From an uncultured virus (IMG/VR IMGVR_UViG_3300032116_000135) (lineage: Duplodnaviria; Heunggongvirae; Uroviricota; Caudoviricetes), in the IMG/VR virus record IMGVR_UViG_3300032116_000135: a DNA stretch of 64,000 bases; one strand, written 5' to 3'. Positions 19,973-28,900 of this stretch are shown here, piece by piece (position 1 is the stretch's first letter; the number at the start of each line of letters is the position of its first letter). The notes below the pieces were generated by a model. That model ran no database searches. It had not been told where the DNA came from and saw only the letters and a program-made list of their open reading frames with translations. A program made the position numbers and the translations under genes.

Positions 19973-20857
19973 ATGAGAAATACTATTATCAAAATATTAA
20001 GAGAATTCGAGGAAAGAGAAATTCCTATGAAATATTATGCGTTCGATTGGGATGATAATCTTATGTATATGCCAACTAAAATTTATTTAATGTCTGAAGA
20101 TGGTAATGAAGTTGGAATGGGTACTGAAGATTTTGCGACATACAGAACAAAAATTGGTAAAGAACCTTTTGAATATGAAGGTGAAATAATTGAAAATTTT
20201 GCCCCCGAACCATTCAGAGATTTCAAAGTAAGTGGAGATAAGAAATTTTTAAGAGATGTAATGACAGCGGAATTAGCTGAAGACGCTGCTTGGACGGATT
20301 TTGTTGAGGCAGTTAATAATGGTTCATTATTCTCAATAATTACCGCAAGAGGACATAGACCGACAACTTTAATGTTAGGCGTAAAAAAATTAATAGAATC
20401 AGAAAGAGGTGGTATTGATTCAGATATGTTGTATGACTCATTAGTTAAAATGAGAGAAAATGCTGGTGAAACTCCTGAAGATAAAGAAACTGAAATTATG
20501 AAATATCTACAATTATGTAGATTCTATCCTGTAACCTATGGTGAGGGTTCCGCTCAAAATCCTGAAGAGGCTAAGATTGTTGCTATGAATAAGTTTAAAA
20601 ATTACGTTCAATCACAAGCAGAAAAATTAAATATAAGACTTGCTAATAAAATGGAAAATGAAGTTAATAACAAATTTGTCCCAATGATTGGTTTTTCTGA
20701 TGACGATATTAGAAACGTGAAAGCAATGAGTAAGGGAGTTAAGGACATTAAAATCTTTTCAACTCATGGAGGTAAGAAAAAAGAATATAGACCAGAAGAA
20801 GATGAATTGCAACTAGAAACTAGAATAAAAAATTTATTATATAAATTATATTTATAA
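19973..20857 (+). CDS. HAD-superfamily phosphatase-like protein
   Basis: Motif I FDWDDNL, motif II IITARG, motif IV GFSDDD. Confidence 0.7.
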   Translation: MRNTIIKILREFEEREIPMKYYAFDWDDNLMYMPTKIYLMSEDGNEVGMGTEDFATYRTKIGKEPFEYEGEIIENFAPEPFRDFKVSGDKKFLRDVMTAELAEDAAWTDFVEAVNNGSLFSIITARGHRPTTLMLGVKKLIESERGGIDSDMLYDSLVKMRENAGETPEDKETEIMKYLQLCRFYPVTYGEGSAQNPEEAKIVAMNKFKNYVQSQAEKLNIRLANKMENEVNNKFVPMIGFSDDDIRNVKAMSKGVKDIKIFSTHGGKKKEYRPEEDELQLETRIKNLLYKLYL

Positions 20858-20969
20858 TAACTAACTAGTTCTAGTAAGAGAATAAAATATTTACAGTAAA
20901 AGTAAATAGAAAAATAAACAACATACTATTTATAGTAAAATAAAAGATAAAAATTAAAACTTATATACA

Positions 20970-21458
20970 ATGGCTGATTTATTAATGAAAATGCCGATTC
21001 CTTATGAACCAAAAAGAGCGAATCGATTTATTTTAAGATTTCCATCATCATTAGGAATAAACGAATGGTATGTTGAAAGTACAAGTAGACCCTCAATAAC
21101 AATAAATCCTGTTGAGATTCCATTCTTAAATACATCAACATATGTTGCAGGACGTTTTACTTGGGGAACTATTGATGTTTCTTTCAGAGACCCTATCGGA
21201 CCTTCAGCATCTCAAGCACTTATGGAATGGGTTCGTTTACATGCTGAATCTGTAACAGGTAGGATGGGTTACGCTGCTGGATATAAGAAAAACGTAGATT
21301 TAGAGATGTTAGATCCGACTGGTGTTGTTGTTGAAAAATGGATTATGGAAGGATGTTTTCTAACCAATGTATCCTTCAATAGTGTTGCTTACAACTCTGA
21401 TGCAATTATGACTATCAAAGGTACATTACGTCCAGATCGTTGTATTCTTGTTTATTAA
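20970..21458 (+). CDS. Tail tube protein (T4 gp19-like)
   Basis: 162 aa; EPKRANRF, W..I.VSFRDPI, LEMLDPTGVVVEKW..GCF; downstream of the sheath gene. Confidence 0.9.
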   Translation: MADLLMKMPIPYEPKRANRFILRFPSSLGINEWYVESTSRPSITINPVEIPFLNTSTYVAGRFTWGTIDVSFRDPIGPSASQALMEWVRLHAESVTGRMGYAAGYKKNVDLEMLDPTGVVVEKWIMEGCFLTNVSFNSVAYNSDAIMTIKGTLRPDRCILVY

Positions 21459-21520
21459 TTTTGTATATCCTTTACAACCAAAAATAATATCCATATATTT
21501 ATATGTAAAAATATAGATAT

Positions 21521-23113
21521 ATGGATTTTCAATTTTTTATAACTAACAATAGTTCTGGATTTAAAACAAAAGAAAAATGGTTATCCTATAACCATCCTGA
21601 ATTGTATAATAAAATTATTGAATATTCATCTAAAATTAACTTGGAACTTTCTTTTAAAGAAAAGATTTGGTTCTATTATAATAATTTAAAAGAAAGACCA
21701 AAATGTGTTTCTTGTGGGGGTGATATAAAGTTTAGAGAAAGGTTTGATAAACCATATGGTGAATTTTGTTCTTTAACTTGTATTAACACAAATAAAGAAG
21801 AAATGGTTAAAAGACAAAGTAAAACATTAAAACAAAAATATGGTGTTGATTTTTTTCCTCAACATGATGATTTTATTAAAAAACAACGAAAGACAAAACT
21901 AGAAAAATATGGGGATGAAAATTTTAATAATCCTCAAAAAAATAAGGAAACTAAATTACTAAAATATGGTAATCCTGTATTTAACAATTTTGAAAAATAT
22001 AAAGATACTTGTATCTTAAAATATGGGACGGACAACTATAGTAAATCAAACAACTACTCAAAAAAAATAAAAGAAAAATTCAAACATCTTTACCCTGAAT
22101 TGGAATTTAAAAAGATTGAAAAAGAATTTGTTGAGATAAAGTGTTGTGATTGTGGAGAGTCTACTGATATATCCAAACAACTATTATATGAGAGATATAA
22201 ACGTAATTATGTTATATGTACAAAATGTAACCCAATAGGACATAAAAGTAGAAGTGGACATGAAAAAGAGATATGTGAATTTCTAGCAGAAAATAATATT
22301 GAGTTTGTAACTAACAAAAAATTTAATAATAGTAAAACAGAAATTGATATTTTTATACCTGACTTCAATTTAGGAATCGAAGTTAATGGTGTGTATTGGC
22401 ACAATGAGTTATTTAAAAATTCAAATTATCATCTTGATAAGACATTAAGGTCAGAAAAAGAAAATATAACTTTGATTCATGTTTTTGAGGATGAATGGAT
22501 ATATAAAAAAGATATTGTTAAATCTATTATAAAAAATAGATTAAAACTAAATGGTAAAACAATATATGGTAGAAAGTGTGAAATTAGAGAATTAGATACA
22601 AAAACTACACAAGATTTTTTAAACCAAAACCATATACAGGGTAATGTAAATTCTAAATACAGAATAGGATTATTTTATGAAAATCAATTAGTTTCAGTTA
22701 TGACATTTGGAAATGGTAGAATAATGATGGGTGGTAAAAGTAATGAGTTTGAATTAACCAGATTTTGTAATTTGATAAATTATAATATTATTGGATCAGC
22801 CTCTAAATTACTTAATTTTTTTATTAAAAAATATGTACCACAAAAGATTGTATCATATTCTGACGTTAGATTATTTAATGGGGAATTATATAAAAAATTA
22901 AATTTTAATAAAATACATCAATCCAAACCGAATTACTGGTATGTTATTGATGACATCAGACATAACAGATTTAATTTTAGAAAATCCATATTAGTTAAAC
23001 ATGGATTTGATAAGAATAAAACAGAAAAGGAAATAATGTTTGAAAGAAAAATATATCGAATATATGATTGTGGTAATATTAGATGGGAATTAACACCAAG
23101 TTATGGATTATAG
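21521..23113 (+). mobile_element. Free-standing putative homing endonuclease: CxxC motifs, KYG repeats, Vsr/PD-(D/E)xK-like nuclease, GNAT-like C-domain
   Basis: CVSC, CCDC, CTKC; repeated KYG; EIDIFIPDFNLGIEVNGVYWH; FELTRFC...ASKLL...SYSD; Lys/Asn-rich and placed between the tube and chaperone genes. Confidence 0.7.
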
Positions 23114-23156
23114 TTTAGTTTTTTATAAAACTAACTATTATTTAAAATAAAAAACT

Positions 23157-23915
23157 ATGGATTCCAATTTATTTAATGCCGCTACCGAAAACTTTAATCT
23201 TCCCCATGATGTAGTCCCATTACCAACTGGAGGTATATTTTATAAAAATAAAAAAAAATCAGTTAAGGTTGGGTATTTGACCGCACATGATGAAAATATA
23301 TTAATTGGTGCAACTCAAAACTCAAATCAAAATATTATCTTAACATTATTAAGAAGTAAAATATATGAACATGATTTAAGACCTGAAGAATTATTGGAAG
23401 GTGATATAGAAGCAATTCTTATTTATTTAAGAAATACATCTTTTGGTCCTGAATATGTGGTTAATGTGATTGACCCAAAAACTAACAAAAGTTTTGAAAC
23501 AACAATCGTTTTGGACGAACTTAACATTAAAAAAACACAATTCACTCCTGATGAAAATGGAATGTTTACAACAATGTTACCTCGTTCAGGAAATACTGTT
23601 AAGTTAAGACCATTAACATATTCTGAGATTTTGGACATTGATAAGATGTCTGAACAATACCCTGTTGGTAGGGTAGCTCCAACGGTTACGTGGAGATTAA
23701 ATAAAATGATTCAAGAGGTTGATGGAATTGCTGATAGAGAAAAAATTGCATCCTTTATTGAAACATTACCAATATTAGATTCAAAATATATTAGAAACTT
23801 TGTAAGAGACAATCAACCATCATTAGATTTAGAAAAAACAGTTATAGCCCCGTCAGGAGAAAAGGTATCTTTCAAGATTACCTTTGGGGTGGAGTTTTTT
23901 CGCCCTTTCTTCTAG
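23157..23915 (+). CDS. Tail assembly chaperone / baseplate hub assembly protein (gp26-like)
   Basis: VPLPTGGIFY, LTAHDENIL, LLEGDIEAILIYLRNTSFGPEY; between the tube and tape measure genes. Confidence 0.75.
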   Translation: MDSNLFNAATENFNLPHDVVPLPTGGIFYKNKKKSVKVGYLTAHDENILIGATQNSNQNIILTLLRSKIYEHDLRPEELLEGDIEAILIYLRNTSFGPEYVVNVIDPKTNKSFETTIVLDELNIKKTQFTPDENGMFTTMLPRSGNTVKLRPLTYSEILDIDKMSEQYPVGRVAPTVTWRLNKMIQEVDGIADREKIASFIETLPILDSKYIRNFVRDNQPSLDLEKTVIAPSGEKVSFKITFGVEFFRPFF

Positions 23916-23925
23916 TTATAGACAG

Positions 23926-24063
23926 ATGATGATAGATGAGTACTTTGCATTAGGAAAATTTATTGGAACCTCATATTCAGATTTTTTGATAATGCCAACA
24001 TATTTTAGGAAATATCTGATAAATAAAATAATCGAAGTTAATAGTCCCCCTGACAATAAATAA
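23926..24063 (+). CDS. Small gp51-like ORF or frameshift extension of the chaperone (45 aa, not in ORF track)
   Basis: MMIDEYFALGKFIGTSYSDFLIMPTYFRKYLINKIIEVNSPPDNK; its frame stays open upstream across the chaperone stop. Confidence 0.65.
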   Translation: MMIDEYFALGKFIGTSYSDFLIMPTYFRKYLINKIIEVNSPPDNK

Positions 24064-24101
24064 TTGTTGGGGGTATTTATTTTATATTAAAATGAATCAA
24101 A

Positions 24102-25919
24102 ATGGGAAAATCTAGTGGATTAAGTCAGTTAACAAGTGCTTTACAAGCGGCGTCAAAAGCCGCTGATGGATTTAAAAATTCCATAATGGGAATGGAAGAT
24201 AATGCTATAGCAATTGCAAAACAATTCGGACAAGGACGAGAAAATATTACAAATATAAAAGCCGGTTTAGCGGACGCTTCCGATAGTTTGGTTAAAGTTG
24301 GGGTTAATATAAAACAAACTATTGAAGAAGCTGGGAAAATACAAGTTTCCTTTTCAAAAGAAATTGGAAGAAACGCACTTCTAACATCAGAATCTTTTGG
24401 ACAAATCAAAGCGATGACAGATGTAACTGGTGTTGGTGTAGACAAACTCACTGCAGGTTTTGCGGATGCTGGTATATCAATTTTGAATTCGGGAAAAGAA
24501 ATGCAAAAAGTTGTTAATGTGTCTCGGTCTTTGGGTTTGGATACACAAGCAGTGTCTGGTATGGTGGTTAAAAATTTAGGTGAAACATCTAAATTTAATT
24601 TTCAGGGTGGAGTTGAAGGTATGGCTAAGATGGCGGCACAGGCTGTTAATTTAAGAATAGATATGTCAACAATCCTATCTAAAGCTGAACAGTTATTTGA
24701 TCCTGAGAATGCTATTAATATGGCGAGTGCTATGCAGAGATTAGGTGTTGCTCAAAGTTCTTTATTAGATCCACTTAGATTAATGGATATGGCACAAAAT
24801 GACCCTGCTGAGTTACAAAACCAAATTGCTGAAATGAGTAAGGAATTTGTTAGATTAAATGAAAAAGGACAATTTGAAATTATGCCCGGGGCTAAAAGGC
24901 AGATGATGGAAATTTCTAAAGAATTATTTGGTAATACGACTCAATTAAGTAAAATGGCTTTAGCGGGTGCTGAGTTAGAAGATAAATTAAGTAAAATAAA
25001 ATTACCTGAAGATACTTTTACCGAAGAACAAAGAAAATTTATCGCAAATATGGCAACCATGGGACCTGGTGGTGAGTATAAATTAAAAGTTGATGGTGAA
25101 GATGTTGGTTTGGATAAGGCATTAGATTTATTTACTCAAGATAAAGGTAAATTAGATAAGTTTATGGAGGCACAAGCTCCAAAAACTATGGAAGAGTTGG
25201 CTAAAGAACAAATTGACATATTCACTAGTATGGCTAACGACTTAGATTTTCTTAAAAGTATTGATACACGTTTAGGTATGGTATTAGGTTCAAGTAAAAC
25301 TGCTGAAAGCATGTTAACTGCGGGTAAAGAATTATCAAGTGAATTACCTAAGATATTCGGAGAAGAAGAACTTAGTACTAAACAGTTAAGGAAAAAAACT
25401 GATGAAGGTTTAACGGGGGTAACTAGTGCTTTAAAGGAAGGTGATATTGCTGGAGCAGGTAAACAACTCTTGGATAATGTTGGTGGATTTTTAACTTCGT
25501 CATTTGAAGGTGTTGTTAGAAGAGGAGAATCAGCAATTAAGGAAATAGGTGAATCAAAAAATGAAAGTATACAAGCAATTAAAGGTGCTGGAACTGAACT
25601 AATAAAAGGATTAACAGGTGTTGATTTAAAAGATAAAGAACTTATTGAAAGTAATCAAAAATTAAAAGAGGGTACTGTAAAACCTATGGGTAGTACTGAA
25701 GAATTAAAAACAAAAGATAAATCTGAATCGATACCTAAAGAAGCGTCAACAAATGAAATTAAGTTTACACAACCACTTAAATTAGATATATCAGTATCTG
25801 GTGTTTCAGGGTTATCTGAGGATCAAATTAAATCACTCATCCAACAAGCCAATTGGGACCAATTACTTTATGATGCAGTACAAAGAGCGGAAAAACAAAA
25901 AGTTGGTACACCTAAATAA
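24102..25919 (+). CDS. Tape measure-like protein
   Basis: 605 aa, helical and Ala/Gly/Met/Lys-rich; follows the chaperone genes. Confidence 0.7.
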   Translation: MGKSSGLSQLTSALQAASKAADGFKNSIMGMEDNAIAIAKQFGQGRENITNIKAGLADASDSLVKVGVNIKQTIEEAGKIQVSFSKEIGRNALLTSESFGQIKAMTDVTGVGVDKLTAGFADAGISILNSGKEMQKVVNVSRSLGLDTQAVSGMVVKNLGETSKFNFQGGVEGMAKMAAQAVNLRIDMSTILSKAEQLFDPENAINMASAMQRLGVAQSSLLDPLRLMDMAQNDPAELQNQIAEMSKEFVRLNEKGQFEIMPGAKRQMMEISKELFGNTTQLSKMALAGAELEDKLSKIKLPEDTFTEEQRKFIANMATMGPGGEYKLKVDGEDVGLDKALDLFTQDKGKLDKFMEAQAPKTMEELAKEQIDIFTSMANDLDFLKSIDTRLGMVLGSSKTAESMLTAGKELSSELPKIFGEEELSTKQLRKKTDEGLTGVTSALKEGDIAGAGKQLLDNVGGFLTSSFEGVVRRGESAIKEIGESKNESIQAIKGAGTELIKGLTGVDLKDKELIESNQKLKEGTVKPMGSTEELKTKDKSESIPKEASTNEIKFTQPLKLDISVSGVSGLSEDQIKSLIQQANWDQLLYDAVQRAEKQKVGTPK

Positions 25920-25951
25920 AAATAAAAAATATCTATTTATTATAAAAAAGT

Positions 25952-28900
25952 ATGTCAGATAGTTCATTATCATTTATATCTACAGCTAGTTTCAGAAACA
26001 GTTTAATGTCTCGTAATTTAGCTCCTTATACATTACAAGGAGTGTATTCACCCCCTGTGTCTAATACTAATTACCCGACAGTCATAGGAGATTTAAATGT
26101 TATTGATTCACCAAATAATTTAATTGGTGATAGCCCGTTTCCTGATAGATTATATCCATTAAACGAATATGGACCTGAAGGTGGGTATTCTAATACTGTT
26201 ATAAATAACAAATATCCATTAAGACCAAACAAAGGTGAATATGACCCAAATGACACTGAACTTGATTTGGTTAACGAATTTTATATTGACGCAGCTTATA
26301 TAGAAAACAGATACGGACCTATTGGTGGTTACATGAGTATGGTGGTAATTGATTCTTTGGAAAATAAGAATAAGTTATATACCCCATATTGGAATCCACC
26401 GACATTTATTCCGTCTTCTTATTCACCTTATCAGATTTTGTTATCAAATGATCCAACAGGTTCTTCAGGTTTATTATCTCAGGATTCTTTCATCGTTAAG
26501 TTGGGCGCTCAAACATTAAAGAATTTATTACAAGATAGAGTTGATGTTGAAAATGCTCAAATAAATGGAAGTGCTGGTAGTTTGGACACATTTAGTAATC
26601 CTTTGAATTCAACTTTGCTTGTATCAGGTAGACTAGATACTACTAATAAAAATTACAAAATTACCATACCTGAACAAGGATTAGGAACATCTCAGTCATT
26701 ATCTTCAAGGTTATCAGACAATTATTTTCCTGCGTCACCAATACCCGGAGATTATTTTATCGAGAGTCCATTTAACGGTGGTTCAAGTGCTCAGATTACA
26801 AGTGGTGTAAATGCTTTAAATCAATTAACTGGTGGTGCATTGGGTGGGATTCTGAATGTTTTAAGAAATCCATCACAAATATTTTTAGCTAATACGGGTA
26901 ATGGACAACGTTCCATTCTTTTTGCCAATATAGATTATAACAGATACCAACCTCCATACGATAGAAACTTGGGAGCCGCAGTTGCCGTAGGACAATTTGC
27001 ACTTAACGCTCTTGATGTAACGACAGGTGGTTTTTATGTTGGTAGTAGAAATGCTGACCCATCAACAATTACCTCACCTCCGAATCAAATTCCTGTTGAT
27101 GCTTTTGGAAGACAGATTCAGACACCTGTTTATGGACCTTCTGAATTGGGAATTTTATTTGAAGGTAATGAAAATAAAATAAATTTTGGTTTAGCAGGTA
27201 AATCATTTACGGATGGTGGAGGTATTGATGGACAATTTGTTTGGACATCACCAAAATATAAAGGGAACGCTGGATATAAAGCAACACCTGGTGGGGGTGT
27301 TGGATCACTTGATACTGAATTCAATCAAATTAGTTCACAATATACTAGTAATGAATCAACAAGTATAACATTCAAACCTTCATCAATATTAGATGCTACA
27401 CAAAGATTAATTGAATCTGCGGATAATGTTGCTGGTATAACAAAATTAAAACATGTTGGAAACGCTATAAATCAAGTGAGTAAGGTTTTCAATGATGGGT
27501 ATAAAGAAATGACTAAAGGTTCAAGGGTTTTATCATATCAAGATAATACAAATGGGGGAGAAGCGGGTATTGAATATTGTAGGGTATTTACAAAAGATAC
27601 TCCATATTACACTTATAATGATTTACAAAAAACTGATGGAATAACAACATCAGGAAGAAGATTTGTGAATTCAGTTTTTGATAATACATACAACCTAAAC
27701 ATAGCACCACTAAGAAATCCTGGTTCTACAAATATACTACCTAATGAAAAAGGACAATTAGTTGCTAAGAAATATATGTTCTCTTTGGAAAATTTGGCTT
27801 GGAGAACTTCAAGTAGGCCTGGACTTACTTATGATGATTTACCTGTATGTGAGAGAGGACCTAATGGAGGTAGAGTAATGTGGTTTCCACCTTATGATTT
27901 AACATTTAGTGATACTAGTACACCAAACTTTCAACAAACCAATTTCTTAGGTAGACCTGAACCAATATATACATATAATAATACAACTAGATCAGGTTCT
28001 ATTAGTTGGAAAATAATTGTGGATCATCCATCAGTTATGAATACAATAATTGAGAAACAATTAAAAGGACAACAAAAAGAAAGGATTGATTCTATAATTG
28101 ATTCATTCTTTGCTGGATGTGTTAAATATGATGTATACGAACTTGCTAAAAAGTTTAATATGTTAAAACCATCCGATATCTATGAATATCAAGAAATTTT
28201 GAATAACCCTAGATTAACTAGAGAGGAATTAGCGGGTGTTAATTTTGAAATACAAAAAACTGTAACAATACCAGCACCTATAGGTGGAAGTACAAATGGT
28301 CAAGGTGGGGATTCAAATATATCAAATGTTGATAAAAAAACATATCAAGACGATCCTGAACAGAAAAATTTTGAAGATAGATATAAAGAATTGGCGTTTT
28401 ATTTCCATGATGATATACCAGGTCCTCAAACAGGAACTGTATCAAATCAACCTTATTCACAAACTTTTGATTCTTATAAATCTTTGATGACAACATATGA
28501 AAATACATCAAATTCATTATTTGGGGACACATCACCTTTCTGTAAAAAAACAGGAACAGTTAAAGTAACCGAAAATGGAAGAACTCAAGTTGATACTGGT
28601 AAGTCACATCAACAGTATTGTAATGAAGCTAAAAATGTTAAACAATTCTTTGATACCATAGTTGAATCAAACTATAATGTAATCTCAAAAAATGAGAAAA
28701 ATTTTATTGTTGATGCTTATAATATTATTAAGAAGGGAGGTACTGTAACTATCGAAATGATAGGTTCTGCGTCTGCGTTGGGTAATCAAGATTATAATAA
28801 AAATCTTTCTTTAAGAAGGATTGATTCAGTTAAGAAATTTTTTAAAGAAACAACAATAGGTGACGCTAATTTGGGTAATGAAATTGATAAAAAATTTTTT

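Noticed and set aside
20864..20877. Short palindrome ACTAGTTCTAGT as an operator or origin
   Set aside because: Single short occurrence in very AT-rich DNA with no supporting copies.
24046..24073. Hairpin CCCCCTGACAAT...ATTGTTGGGGG as a frameshift stimulator
   Set aside because: It lies ~145 nt downstream of the slippery site and spans the stop codon, so it is more likely a terminator or processing stem.
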